The notes below the pieces were generated by a model. It did not search any database. It saw only the letters and a program-made list of their open reading frames with translations, and had not been told where the DNA came from. A DNA stretch of 64,000 bases from positions 89,778,001 through 89,842,000 of the forward strand of contig CM059432.1 of assembly GCA_030390025.1 (NCBI GenBank), written 5' to 3'. Made by a program: the position numbers and the translations under genes. The first letter of the stretch is position 1, and each line of letters starts with the position of its first letter. The stretch comes from Squalus acanthias (lineage: Eukaryota). Shown piece after piece: positions 1-14,000 of the stretch.

Positions 1-465
1 CAATCTTCCAGCCACCACGTCAAACCTGAGGGCGGTTGCTCGGAGACATGGGCTATCCACTCTGCACCTGGCTGATGACTCCCCTCCGCAACCTCACAAC
101 TTGTGCGCAGCACTCATATAGTGAGAGCCATGCTGCCACCAGGAACCTCATCAAGCAGACTATCAGGGTTCCGCTGCCTTGACCACTCAGGAGGAGCCTT
201 CCAGGCCTCGCTGGAGCGGGTGTCCCATTTTGTGGTGGTCAGCTGCACGCTCCATAATTTGGCCATCGTAAAGGCCCAGCCCTTGCCACCAGGGATTGTG
301 GGACCACTTCCGGAGGAGGAGGAGAAAGAGGAGGGTGAGGTAGAGGACAAGAACAAGGAGGAAGAGAAAGAGGTAGAGGAGGAAGAGGGAGGGAGGAGGC
401 AGACAGCAAATCCCCATCCCGGACGGGCTGACCGTGAGAGCCTCATCAGACTCCAATTTCAGTGA
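1..465 (+). pseudogene. Harbinger DDE transposase, 3' remnant
   Basis: Translates to [20 protein letters not shown], then after a frameshift FRCLDHSGGAFQ...VVVSCTLHNLA, an acidic tail and RESLIRLQFQ. Clearly homologous to the intact transposases at 34731 and 49658. Confidence 0.85.
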
Positions 466-681
466 ATGAAACCCCAGATCCCCCCTGCTCACCACTTCCC
501 CATCACACCATCACTCTGTTACAGAACATTACAGCGTCCTCCTGGGCACAAAGCTGAAATGAGAGCCACCACAAAACACACATTCCAAACAAAATTCATA
601 AATTTATCAGAATCCAATCAAACTGACACTATCAACTATTCACCCGTGTGCCTTCCCTTAGTGTCTTTTGTGTGCATTTAC

Positions 682-2410
682 CTACTCTAGTGCTCCTACA
701 CAGTGCTCTTCCAGTGGTTGCAGCATGGCTGGTGAAAGGCTGCTGACTTTCAGTGGGGGAGACTGCAGATGGCCTCGAGCAGCTCTGAACCTAGAAGGCC
801 TGGCTGTAGACTGCACCATCTCGGCATGGGCGGCAGCAGTCTCGGCTGGCTGGCTGACAGGCAGCAGCAAGGGCACTGGCGGAGTGGCAGTGTTGGGAGC
901 AGGAATACTGCCATCCTGAGAGAAGACAGCAGGTTCTTGCTCTACAGACCTCAGCATTCCTAGCAATCTGGTGGAGGACAGATTGCTGGTCTGCTGCAAC
1001 ACCTTTCGAGACTCGTAAACCCAGCAACGATGGCAGCAGTCTGAGCTTCTACTGCAGCAGTGAGACATTGGGTCGCTTCCGCCTGTGCTGCAATGGAAGT
1101 TGTGAGATCGTCCATCACACCCAGCATCATCTGTGGGTCCACAAGATCTCTCCTGGAGTTGTCCATCATTTCTATCCTGGAAATCATGGGCTCCAAGCTC
1201 TGAGGAAAGACCCGTGCAATGTTGGAGCCGGACTGTTCCATGCTCCTTGACACTGACAAGAGGCTCTCTGGAAGGCTTGTCATTGCACCAAGCATTTCCA
1301 TGTGCATGCGCATCACCCTTCTTCTGAATGCCGCCCCATCGAGGTCATCATCTGAGTCCTGTGAAGCAGAACTCATGCACGAACTCGCCCTCCGGGGAGC
1401 TGGCACCCGAGCTACCCTTTCCCCTTGGCCTGGCTGCAGCCCACTCGTGCCCAGTGACTCACCATGTGCAGATCCCGCCTCTATACTACCCTCTAAAGTC
1501 TGCGCAGTGCCATTTTCTGAGCTGGGGGTGTCTGCGAGTGTCTCTTCTTTTTGCTGATGATGAGAGACAGGCTGGCCTGCTGACAGTTCTTGGGTATCTG
1601 AAAGCAGAAAATCACAAAGGTCAGGTTATGGTGAGGGGAGGAGGGAAAAGTAAGATATCCATGCATACACCATCAGCAGCTTGTAAGTGAGAAGAGATTG
1701 TGGGATGAGGGGGAAGTGGGATGTGAGAAGAAGGATTAGGTATGACAATACCGTCATCATCAGCAATGGTTTCAACTTCTCCGCTGACCACGGACTCCAT
1801 CACTGCCCCTCCAATTAGTTCAAGCACGGATTCCTCCAGGTCCATCAGGTTCTCTATTGTGGCTTGGCCACCTCCAATCTGTTGTTGCTCCCTCCTGTTA
1901 TGTGCCACCTTGGCCTGCAAGAGAAAGGGAAGTGTGTCAGTGAGTGTAGTGCAATGTGTTTGGGTGATGAATAGCTGGAAGTGTGTGCAAGGTGTGAGAT
2001 GTGCGTGTGAGGCTTGCAGCAGTGGTAAGTGTGTAAGGGTGAAGTGAAGCAAGATTGTGAGGTATGAGTGGTGATAGCTAGAAATTGTTGGTAGGTGAGT
2101 GATGTGGGTGCAGTGCATTGAGCAGTGTGTGAGGCTTGTGATGCAGATGGTGGGATATGGCATTTGCTGAAGATTTCACTCACCTTGACCAGCCGTGTGA
2201 GGTCATTAAGCTTTTTTCAGCGCTGGATCCAGGTCCTTGGGACAACACTGGTGGCCATGACGGATTCAGCAATCTCTTCCCACATCCTTCTGCTGTTTAC
2301 CTTTGATAGCCTCTTGCCTCCCTGCGGGTAAAGGACAGCCCGCCTTTGTTGAACCCCCAGGTCCAAGGCCTCCAGTACAGCATCGGAAAATCATCTGACT
2401 CTCTCTCATG
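682..2410 (-). pseudogene. Harbinger Myb/SANT-like DNA-binding gene, 3 exons, frameshifted
   Basis: Exon 1 ends ...KKLNDLTRLVK|gtgagt (~2184). Exon 2 is cag|AKVAHNRREQQQIGGG...DD|gt (~1751-1914). Exon 3 fragments (MHMEMLGAM, AQAEATQ, VQSTARPSR) match the Myb gene at 51101-52923. Confidence 0.8.
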
Positions 2411-3349
2411 GTTGTTTGACCATTGTGTCTCCAGATTGACAATGAGTTGCTTCTGCAACAAAGCACCTCCCCTTAGCCTAGGCCAACCTTTATTAGCCAG
2501 TAGACTGCACCTGATATTGCGCCCCCCCCCCCCCCAACCTCCATTGAGTGCTAACAGCACGTTCAGCGCTAAGATTAGTGCTCCACTCATGTTAATGAGC
2601 AGGCAGCACGAAATTTGCATGCTGCCTGCAGCAGTTAGAAGAGGCGCAGGCAAATAGCGCTGGCCCGTGACACCGCCCATTTTTGAGCTTTATCCAATTT
2701 CTAGGCCAGGATTTCAGTACATCATTAAAAAAAAAACTCTTGTATTTATAGCACCTAATCAAGTTGCCCAAAGCTCTTAATATAGTGAATTACTTTTGGA
2801 ATGTAGCGACTATTATGTAACTGTAATTGGTGCAAGGGTTCAGACGCTCGTCATAATGGGCGTGAAATTGCTCTTCGGCAGCAGCGCCAAACCAATCGGC
2901 AGTCAGTTTTACACCCCAACAATTATCTTTTCCATTGACTTCTAGAACCTATATTAGCTCTCGTCATAGGCCGAATGGCTATGTGGCTTGAAGATGACAC
3001 CCCAACAGAAATAAAGCTGGGCAGAGAACCGCTGTCCCACCTAAAGTGTTCCAAATATTCTATATTGTGGTTTGAATAGCCTTAAGGTGCACATGAACAT
3101 AGCTGAGAAGAGTCTAGATTCCATCACAAATGGCTGATAAGCCAAAGTCTGCAAGTCATTGTTAATGTCGGCTAAACCATTACGAGAAGCACACTACAGA
3201 TTCTCTCCCGCACACTCCCCTCTCTCCATCTGCTGCACTTACAGCAGAACAGACTGAAGTCCTGCACACCAGGAATATAGCAACTATTATGTAAGTAATC
3301 ATGACAGCCATTTTGCAGCAGCAAAATCCCAAAAAAGTTCCCACAAAAA

Positions 3350-4942
3350 CAATGAGATGTGTGCCGAGTAAACCTCTTTCCATGTAATCCAAGTTGGTGT
3401 TGGATTCCTCCATGCTCCTTGACATTGAACACAGGCTTTTTGGCAGGCTTCCCAATGCACCAAGCATTTCGTTGTGCATGCCCATCAGCGTTCTTCTGTA
3501 GGCTGCCCCATCGAACTCATCATCTGAGACCTCTGTAGCGGAACCCGTGTGCGATCTCGCCCTCCGGTGAGCTGGCAACTGCGCTATCGTTGCCCCCTGC
3601 CCTGGCTGCAGCGCATCCGTGCCCGGTGTCTCACCACATACCGATCCCGCCTCTAATCTATTCCCTAAGATACGCACAGTGTCAGTATCTAAGCAGGTGG
3701 CTGCGAGCGTGAAATCAAGTGACGGTGCTGTGTCTTCATCATCACTCTCTTCTTGGTATTATCCCACTGCCTGGCCAGATTGCACCTCTTCGATATCTGA
3801 AAGGAGAAAAGCCCAAGGGTAGGGTTATGGTGAGGGGAAGGGGAGAAAGTAAGAGGTGCATGGTTACACCATCTTCAGCTTGTAAATCATAAGAGATTGT
3901 TGGATGATGGGGAAGTGGGATGTGAGAAGGAGGATTAGGTATGAGGATACCGTCATCTTCGATGGTTTCAGCCTGCCGCTGGCAATGGCCTCAACAATGG
4001 ACATTGCGATAATGGTCAGTACTGTCTCCTTCATGGGGGTTAGGACACACAGGTGCACCTGTCCCCCTCCAGTTAGCTCCTGCTGCCTCCAGTTGTGTGC
4101 TCCCTTGCCCTGCAACAAAGGGGGAAGCGTGTCAATGAGTGTTGTGCAATCTGTTTGGGTGACGTGGCTGTCATGGTTGAATAGCTGGCAGTGTGTGCAA
4201 GCTGTGAGATGTGGATGTGAGGCTTGCAGCAGTGCTAAGTGTGTAAGGGTGAGGTGAAGCATGTGAATGTTAGGTATGAGTCCTGATTAATAGAGATTGT
4301 TTGTGGTGAATTGAACAGTGGCTGAGGCTAGTGGTGCAGTTGGTAGCATATGGCATTTGAAGATGCAGTCACTGACCTTGATCACTTGTGTGAGTTCATT
4401 GAACTTCATGCGGCACTGCATCCAATTCCTCGGGCCATGACTCCTGGCATTGACCTCCACGGCTCTCTGCTCCCACTGCCTTTTGACTGTGCATCTGGAG
4501 TGCCTCCTGGCCCCCTGTGGATAAAGGATGTCTCTCCTCCTTTCCACCTCCTCCATCAAGACATCCAGTGCAGTGTCCAAAAACCTTGGAGCCCGTTCTC
4601 TCCCAAGTTGGGCCATTCCTCACTGTTTCCCAGGATAGATTGACTTCCTGCACGACTCCCTGCACCTGCTCCAGCCACAATGTACCTCCCCTTTAAGAGG
4701 TGCAGGCTACCTTTAAGCAGTGCAGACTAGCTTTAAGTGGTGCTAGGAAGTTACGATTTTGGGCCTCGAGCTGATGTGTGCAGCCAATGAACAATACAGT
4801 TAGCGCTGGCTGCAAGCAGAAATCATTATAATGAGCAGGCAGCACAAAGTTAGCATGCTACCTGCATTTCAATCAATGGGCACGGGTTAATCACGCATCA
4901 TGATCCCTGCATCCAGTTTGGGGGACTGTTCAATTTAGCTTC
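3350..4942 (-). mobile_element. Second decayed Harbinger, right half only (Myb gene plus terminus)
   Basis: Exon 1 (4377-4616) is MAQLGRERAPRFLDTALDVLMEEVERRRDILYPQG...WMQCRMKFNELTQVIK|gtcagt. Exon 2 reads KGAHNWRQQELTGGG and exon 3 is truncated near 3350. Introns resemble those of the copy at 682-2410. Confidence 0.82.
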
Positions 4943-5115
4943 AATTGTCCCTGCTTCAATTCTGTCCCTGACCCGCTCAGTGTGGGACTGAAGTATTTAG
5001 GCATAAGGCCATAATGTTAAAATATATTTTTACTATTGTAATATTTGCAAAATCAATTACTCTCAATGTTAGAAATTGAAACTAGCGGATTGATAAATTA
5101 TTAAAGTAATTAATT

Positions 5116-5725
5116 GGGTTTATTCTCCTCCACGATTCTGTCTGATTTCGGAGCGGAGAATGAAAGACAATTCCAGTGGTGAGGCCTACCACCATCTCAC
5201 CGCACTGACCTGGATTTCCCTTCGCTCTGCCGAATGGCCATTCTTTCCCCTCCGCCGCTTGCAAATAGTGGGGGAGGGGGGCAGGTCCCCAGTGGATACT
5301 CCCGGTGTCCACCCCACCTGCCATCACATTCTGGGACTTCCATATGGAAGATGGCCATAGCCCTGCACTCAGTGGTAATGACCTTGTGGCCCCCTCAGTA
5401 GAGGGAGAGGGCCTTCTCGCAGCCTTCTTTCCCTCCAATCTGTCTCCCACTTACCTTGGCAAAGGCAGACAATTTTCAGATCTTCAGAGCTCTTCTTACC
5501 CCTTTTAGTACCTGGCTACCTCTTCTGGTGCTGCAGTGGCAGTCTGTTGCCACCAGGAGCCTGCCATGCATCAGTAATGACCTCTGACCCAAGGAAATGG
5601 GTTGGAGTTAGGGCAGATTCGACTGCCCATCGGAACTTCATCAAAAGTGGAAAAGCCAAGTTCTATGCGTTCAGAACATTCAGTTGGGTAACTGAGAACC
5701 ACGGATGTTGTAGAAAAATAGTCCC
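5116..5725. mobile_element. Degenerate MITE-like element
   Basis: GC-richer island with imperfect inverted ends (GGGTTTATTCTCCTCCA / TGTAGAAAAATAGTCCC) and the internal ACTTACCTT motif seen in other MITEs here. Confidence 0.4.
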
Positions 5726-8700
5726 ATATCCAGTAACTAATTAAATTATATGCAGATTAGATAAGACTGAATAGCAAAAATGTATTCAATGATCTGAGTC
5801 TGCAGAGGTGGTGTAAATACAGAATAACAGGTATGCAAGGAGCATAATACAGATGTGTATATGGTGCCAAGCTGGCTTGGGCAATCACAGCGCACATACA
5901 AGGCCAAAACAAATACAAGGTCCAAATGTGTGCATCTGGCTTTAGAACCATCCACTATTTTGTATAGTAAAACAGTCAGCCCAGCTCTATACAACTCTGA
6001 TGAATAAAAATTCCTGCTGTGTGCATTTTTCTTTCCTTTATAATTAATAATTGTGAGGTCCGTTATATCCTGACCTAGTTATACACAGATACATGTCCAG
6101 CCTGACCAACAGCATATACAGTAGCAGCGCACCACTTTATCTACAAGGTGTTTTTTTAATTTCCCTCGTTTCTATTTGTGAAGAGTGGCTGGCATCTTGT
6201 CAACATAAGTTGGTTGCGCAGGTGAAGAGGTGGTTGGTAATGAAGAACAATTGGTATGAAGCATCAGAAGTACAATAACACAATGTACATTTAATGTCAG
6301 ATACATAAATGACAGGAAAATAATTTGCACATTCTGACACAAGATTGTTCACTTTACAGGTATATCATTTTTGGGAAATGCAGAGGGACAAAGCACCTCA
6401 TAGTTATTATAAACAGAACAGATGATTTGTGAGGAATGATGTATGAAAACTTTTCCCTTTCTGAGGCAGTTGTGGCACTTGTGAATTATGAGACGCAACA
6501 TCATTCAACAATATATATTTTTTATGACACCTCTAGTCCATTTCCCTTGCTACCTCATTGTGTATTCCCTATTCCTTATTACTGGAGTAATTTTATAGTA
6601 TGTACACACAGCTGCTTTTTTGCCATGTTGATATAACTCAGGTATAAGATTTAAAATTTTTATGTAAACTCATTTGCTCAAACCTTTGCTTTTTGGCAAA
6701 GCGTTGAGCAAAATAGTCACTTATTATGTTTAGATTAAGCGACAAAAACAACTGAAGTTTTGCTTGTATTTATGAGTTCTAAATGTTATGTAGATAAATC
6801 AATATTATGATTTTTTATTGATACAAATAACCTGGTTTATTATAATTTATTTAATATAAACTAGCTGTAAAGAGCAATTTACTTCTGCAGATGTTGAACA
6901 GGTAATTTCAGGATCCAGAAGCAACAACTATACCAGCTGGTAGATTTTTAGCCAAAGAAGCTTTGCATTAACAACCAGATCATGCCAACTTTACTAAAAT
7001 TAACAGATTATCAAAAGTTTAAGAGTTAATCACAGCTAGCTTTCTCTGCCATGTTGGCTTGATTAAATTTGGAGTTTGATGATGAATCGGCCAAAATTCA
7101 TTAGTGTTCCCTGGGCGCACATATTGGTCAAGGTCAACTGAAGCACTCGGCTTGTGATACTTTGGGGGAGGGGAAGGAACTGGAGAGGAGGAGGAACCTA
7201 TAGAGGTCAAGGGTTGCAGTGAGAAACTTTGATACTTTTTAACGTAATAAATCTTGACAGCTTAATCATGGCTAAGTCTTAGCAGCATTATTCGTACAGA
7301 TGGCAAACCTAGACACATTTAAGGAGATTCCAGCAGCTAGTGGTGGGAGGGCATTGACACAAATGCAGCGTGTGGTTATGGAGGAAGTGCAGGGAGGGAG
7401 GATGAAAGCCTGCACAGCATTTTCCATCTCTTGACATCTTCAACAGCCACAGATAGAAAATATGATAAGGCTCCTGCTGTGCTAATAGGCCCAACAAATG
7501 TCTGGGCCTGCAGAGTAGATGAAGCAGGGATCAAGTAGTGGGAGCTGCTATATGAAAACAGGGCAGCACCCAGAGTATAATAGAGCTGAAGAAGGCACAG
7601 TGGAAAGAAGATAGAAAACACATAGAACAAATAGGGAAGCTGTCAGTAAAGGTTTGTCCTGTGCTGGCAGCTTGTTTCACCCCACAAGATTGACATGGTC
7701 TTTGATTTCAAACTGTGATATTAGAGTGTTTAAAAAAAAAATGCTGGTGAAAATAATTACATCAAATATGTTGATTTGTTAATTAATTTTATTCAATTCG
7801 CTACCAAAACTCTACATCAGCAGTTAGGAGTATAAGATACCAAGTATTAAATGTTTGCTGTAAAGTATAGAGAAATGTCACAGTTGTTAACTTGTTAAAT
7901 GCTGAATGTCTGAATGAGAAAGTCAGAATTTACTTTCTCTAGCCTATAAAACCTGCAATCATAATGTGTGCATTCTTGCACAATGTTGAACTTCATAGGT
8001 CAGAATTAAAGGAACATACACAATTCCGGAAAGTCTTGGTCCAGAATCCATTTATCTGATGAAAATTGTTTTCACGGAGGTCCCATTATTTGTGCATTAT
8101 TTTTTAATGTAATGCTACCTTCTGGGATTGATAAGTTAAGTGTCATTTTAACATTATCTAAAGTCCAAGTTGGTCATTAGTGAACTTGTCAGTAGATGTC
8201 GGCCTTCAGCCAACTTGGAATATATAAATGAATGGAGAGCCTGACATATTCAGTTGATAGGTAAAATAAAACTTCAGGTAAAATGCCATGTCTTGGTTTT
8301 GAGTTAAGAACACAGGCAATAAATATGCCAGGATTGTACTCAAAAAAATGTTCTCAAATTTTCAAGAAATTCACTTACTATAACTTCAGTCTGTATTGTA
8401 CTGAGGAATGTTAAGTAAATACGACATTATGATAAGAAACTGTGTTTTTGTGGCTGCCATTTTACTATGCTACTGATCTGAGACCGGTACCTGCAGAATG
8501 TGCTTCACAGCAGCACCCCTGCCATAGTGTGGACTGTGAATTGGACTCCTACAGCCATGGAAGTGCACAGAGATCTGCTCCCAGGCGGTGAAATTTAAAG
8601 GGATTCAATACCGAAAACTCTGCTAAGTTTAAAAATCACCTGGGAGGTCGAATACATCACCTGGGCACTTTTTAAACCAGGCCTGACACCACTCTGGAGT

Positions 8701-8780
8701 TACTCAGTGTCAGACCCAAGCAGGTATGAGACAGCCTTCCTGAGGGAGCTGTCACACCATTGATAACCAGGTCTTTACCT

Positions 8781-8850
8781 TGCAGTTATACTGTCACTTC
8801 AGTGCTACTGCAAAGCTTTGTAGCACCGCACAAGTTACAGTATAACTGTA
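8781..8850. repeat. 70-nt imperfect hairpin
   Basis: TGCAGTTATACTGT (8781-8794) pairs with ACAGTATAACTGTA (8837-8850), plus inner ACTT/AAGT and GTGCTAC/GTAGCAC pairs. Confidence 0.75.
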
Positions 8851-8927
8851 CCTTAAAAACATTTTTAAAAACATTTATTAAAGAGATCACTTTATGCAGA
8901 GTATATGATAATACTTCACTTTCGTGT

Positions 8928-10547
8928 TTTTATTTATTCGTTTATGGGATGTGGGCATCGCTGGCAAGACCAGCATTTATTGCCCATCCCTAATTGCCCT
9001 TGAGAAGGTGGTGGTGAGCCGCCTTCTTGAACCGCTGCAGTCTGTATGGTGAAGGTACTCCCACAGTGCTGTTAGGTAGGGAGTTCCAGGATTTTGACCC
9101 AGTGACGATAAAGGATCGGCAATATACTTCTAAGTCAGGATGTTGTGTGACTTGGAGGGGAACTTGGAGGTGGTGATGTTTCCATGCGTCTGCTGCCCTT
9201 GTCCTTCTAGGTGGAAGAGGTTGTGGGTTTGGGAGGTGCTGCCGAAGAAGCCTTAGCGAGTTGCTGCAGTGCATCTTGTAGATGGTACACACTGCAGCCA
9301 CAGTACGCCGGTGGTGGAGGGAGTGAATGTTTAAGGTGGTAGATGGGGTGCCAATCAAACGGGCTGCTTTGTCCAGGATGGTGTTGAGCTTTTTGAGTGT
9401 TGTTAGAGCTACATTCATCCAGGCAAGTGGAGAGCATTCCAGCACACTCCTTACTTGTGCCTTGTAGATGGTAGAAAGGCTTTGGGGAGTCAGGAGGTGA
9501 GAAACCCATCGCAGAATACCTAGCCTCTGACCTGCTCTTGTTGCCACAGTATTTGTGTGGCTGCTCCAGTTAAGTTTCTGGTCAATGGTGACCCCCAGGA
9601 TGTTGATGGTGGGGGATTCGGCGATGGTAATGCCGTTGAATGTCAAGGGGAGGTGGTTAGACTCTCGCTTGTTGGAGATAGTCATTGCCTGGCACTTCTA
9701 TGGCGTGAATGTTACCTGCCACTTCTCAGCCCAAGCCTGAACGTCGTCCAGGTCTTGTTGCATGCGGGCATGGACTGCTTCATTATCTGAGGAGTTGCGA
9801 ATGGCACTGAACACTGTGCAGTCATCAGCAAACATCCCCATTTCTGACCTTATGTTGGAAGGTCATTGATGAAGCAGCTGAAGATGGTTGGGCCCAGGAC
9901 ACTGCCCTGAGGAGCTTCTGCAGTGATGTCCTGGGGCTGTGATGATTGACCTTCAATCACCACAACCATCTTCCTTTGTGCTAGGTATGACTCCAGCCAG
10001 TGGATAGTTTTCCCCCCGATTCCCATTGACTTCAGTTTTACTCGGGCTCCTTCATGCCACACTCGGTCAAATGCTGCCTTGATGTCAAGGGCAGTCACTC
10101 TCACTTCTCCTTTGGAATTCAGCTTCTTTGTCCATGTTTGGACCAAGGCTGTAATGAGGTCGGGAGCCGAGTGGTCTTGGCGGAACCCAAACTGGGCATC
10201 AGTGAGCAGGTTATTGGTGAGTAAGTGCCGCTTGATAGCACTGTCGGTGACACCTTCCATCACTTTGCTGATGATTGAGAGTAGACTGATGGGGCGGTAA
10301 TTGGCCAGATTGGATTTGTGCTGCTTTTTGTGGACAGCACATACCTGGGCAGTTTTCCACATTGTCGGATAGATGCTAGTGTTGTAGCTGTACTGGAACA
10401 GCTTGGCTGGAGGCGTGGCTAGTTCTGGAGCATAAGTCTTCAGCATGATAGCCGGGATGTTGTCGGGGCCCATAGCCTTTGCTGTGTCCAGTGTGCTCAG
10501 CCGTTTCTTGATATCACGTGGAGTGAATCGAATTGGCTGAAGACTGG
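8928..10547 (-). mobile_element. 5'-truncated non-LTR retrotransposon (CR1/L2/jockey group), RT region plus 3' tail
   Basis: ORFs 9850-10578 and 8990-9685 carry RT motifs (ANYRPISLLS, QFGFR, LDIKAAFDRV, PQGSVLGP, MFADDC after a frameshift at ~9855, ILGVTIDQKL). Short 3' UTR with A-rich end at ~8928. Confidence 0.93.
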
Positions 10548-10966
10548 TAAAGGGTAGTCGAAGGCTATGACTAAACATATATAATGTTCTTTTCGTGATT
10601 ATGCAAGGTGAAATACTTCAGCATTGAAAGGCCATTCTCTAGCTAAGTCTTTTGTTTCATCAATGATTTATCTGCACAATGTTACAGGTTGTTTAAGAGT
10701 GTCTCGAATGTTGGATCTTTTTGTTTAATTTTCTCACAGGCAGTTGGTAATTATCATAGTCCTGCAGTTTCTGTGGAATGCTGAGGAGGGTCAAATGCCA
10801 GTGGAATCCAACTTTATAGGCTAATTAAGACAGTCGACATAGTTATTAAATACATTGTGCTAAACCAGGATGGAATGTTGTACTGTGCAACATGAGAAAA
10901 AAACTAAAATCCAGTATCATAAATAAAACCTGGCTGAATGAAATACATCTATAACTGAAAATTAAG

Positions 10967-11012
10967 GTGGTGGTGGTGGGGGGCGGGGGGTGGTGGGGGG
11001 GGGGGGCGTGGG
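10967..11012 (+). repeat. G-rich tract (GGT/poly-G), G-quadruplex-capable
   Basis: Sequence ggtggtggtggtgggggcggggggtggtggggggggggggcgtggg has at least 4 G-runs. Confidence 0.7.
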
Positions 11013-14000
11013 TATGGTCTCAGACAGAGACTGTGCTGGTTATTCTGTTTAATTAGAAGCCTTAAATCCTTGGACACATGAGGCTAGTTGGCAGCAGGCA
11101 AAAATGCGGGGAGGAAAGCAGAACATCTTGGAAAGCGTGGCTCAAAATGTTAACATTCATGGAAGCAGTGAATCAGATAATTATTCCAATCTCAAGCTAG
11201 CAGGGGAAGGGGGAGGGGGTGTGTTCTTGGATAAAGGAAAATGAATGAAAATGTATTTCCTATAGTAATTGCAGAAGTGGAAGCAAAAGTGAATATTTGA
11301 CAGGCAGCAAGCCAAATCACTTCAAGATCACTAGTCGTTTTCCCTCACGTTATTATTCTGATTTCCACATGGAACAGATTTGAGCTAACGATGTGTAGTT
11401 TGGCATCGGATTTGTTTTTCTTTGGCGTGCAGCACTTGGTCCAGTTTTGAACATTTCTCTTTTCCGTCTGCCCATGGGTGCGCTGTTGTTGAGTTACTCC
11501 TAAAGTGCTGCTCCGGGAAAGCCAGCTGGGGATCACTTACTAGAAAACGTTATATATATTTTTTTTCTGTAAAGATCAGCTGTTCCCGTTTAGACAGTCT
11601 CAGCTGATGGCACTGAGTGAATGCAGCTGATAATGGGTGTGTGGGGGAACCCAATCCCTTCTTAGGCCCTTCTGCCCTTAGGTCAGAAATCAGCCTTGGC
11701 TATGAATGGGGAGGTGTGATGAAACACTACCCAGCTGAACCTTCACAGATGATTTATCAGTGACCTGCTGCTACTACAAGCAGCTGGGGAGGGCAGAAAT
11801 GCAAATCTTTGGACATTGGTTCCACATGATCTGTGGCAAGTCATCACACCGGCTACCAGTGCATATGACTCGAAGCAGATAGGGCTTCCGCTACCTACAC
11901 ACAAGGAATGGACCCATTAAAGGGAAGTTGTTTATTTCTACTTCTACTGAAATCATAAACACCAGCCACGACGCTGTCTGCGCAAGCTGTGCCGCAGTGA
12001 ATTCCAGCACTTTACTAGCCATTCCTGACTGGCCAGTTGTAGCCACTGGATCTGATTCCCCCGTGAATATCTTGCAGAAAAGATAATCTATCCACACTGC
12101 AGGTGTACAGTTGTCCGCAAATCCAATTATAGCACGTGAAAAAAGGGCACACAATTTTTTTTTTTTAAACCCCAGTCATATGCATCGTGACTCATACCAG
12201 ACAATAGAGCTTCGTGTGTTCTGCAGCTCAGCAAACTGCAAGGAATTTTGTTTGGAAGTGATAGCTACTGTCAATGTGATATTTAAGGCCGTTTTGCAGA
12301 CCAATTGGCAGACAATGAAAGAGCTCCATCCGCCAGCATATGCTGCGAAAGGATGTGGTCCTATGCCTGCTCCTCCTTTCCTGACTTTTTGCAAATAGTC
12401 CAACATAAGAGACAGTTGTTTCTGGCTGCCCCGCTGCCTGTCATGGCTGTCAAGTAAAATCCTATGAATTATTGCTTCTCCAGATGTAAGAGATTTCCAG
12501 GCTGCTCGAAACAGGCTGTGGTCTGCGGTGCAGAAGCGAGAATGAGATTAGACTCCCTAGCATCAGTAGAAATCTAAAAAAGATTGCGAAGAGGACATAA
12601 TTACACCTTCTTCATTCCAAAGCAGGACTCGGGATGTGGTTGTTGTAACAACAGAGACAGTTGCTTAGGTTTAGGACTATGTAGCGAAAGACAAAGCAAT
12701 GTTTTGAAGAGGTTTTTACATCACAGTAAAACTGATGGAAACAATGATTAAGGTCAAATAAATTTTGATGAGGCTTGCAGTAAAATAAGGTAAGGAATTC
12801 CAAGTAGGCCAAGTTATTCTGTTTTTCTAGTTGTTGACAAAACTGTTAGCTTAATAGCTGGCACATTTTTGCTGTAATGTGTGAAACTTGTATTTGACTG
12901 TTATAAATGAAGGAGAGTTAAACTTGAAACTATTCAGATTGGATTGTTTAGCCCATTATTTTTCCTGCAGCCAGATGTAAAATTAGCTGCAATTATTTGT
13001 AGGCTTCATATACTGCTGTACACATGTCTTAACCTTTTGGCCTCACGTGAGACTTTTTTCAACAAAAAGTCATTCACTTCAATGGATTTTTTTTCTGGTG
13101 AAAACAAAGAGATAAACAACATTAATCAGTTGAGTAAACCGATATTATTAATAGAATATCCTGAAGTTCAAGAAACTTTTATAGTCCATCGAGCAAACCC
13201 AAAATATTTGTTGAAAGTTAGTGTACTTCCGATTAATCTGTTATGAAATGTATACACATTTCAGTGTGCTGGGAGATTTCTGTTTGATTAACTCAATGTG
13301 CAAATATCATTGAATATTTTTAATTAAAAGACCCTAAACCAGAATTAATTCCATATATCACTAACTATCCTGGTTGTCCTTTGATCATTCACAAAGTACA
13401 GCACCTGGAGATTATTACATTAGATGATGGGGATGACACATGAATACACAATATAGTTAGAATCGAGCAATTTTAGTAACTACATACACTTTCTCATGTG
13501 GCTTTGTCGTTTATGTAAAATTAGACATGTTTAGGCCTGTAATATTTTGGCAAGGCAAAATTAACAGAATAAGATTAATTGTAGGTACGTAAAGTATATG
13601 TTTTATTAAAAACACATGGCAATGATTGACATAAAAGTATATATGTCCGATGTCAGCCAGAAACATTTTGCAGACATAATTGCTTTAATTCAGCTCTCTA
13701 ACTTTTTGAAACCTGACGTAACTTATTTGACTGAATGAGAGGCAGTGTGGTGGCTACCAGATGTAAAAGCTGTCAGTCTTGCTTCCCTCTTCATTTGAAG
13801 TCATGCAGTTCAGATAGACTCACTCGTGTAAGGAACCCCAGTCAAAAGTGATGAAAACCACAGGTACAAATGGCTGCAGTGTCTCATGTGAACGTGTTTA
13901 TTGCTTTTCATGCAACCTTACAAAAAAAATTAGGATGGAGTCCCTATTCTTCTTGGTGCTGATTGTTTTCAGTGAAAATACGTTAATTATTTGACACTGG

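Larger units (their letters stand above)
1..2707. mobile_element. Decayed PIF/Harbinger DNA transposon (left part outside window)
   Basis: Transposase C-terminal remnant on + (1-465) convergent with a Myb/SANT-gene remnant on - (~680-2410). Ends in TIR-like AATTTCTAGGCC (2696-2707). Confidence 0.85.
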
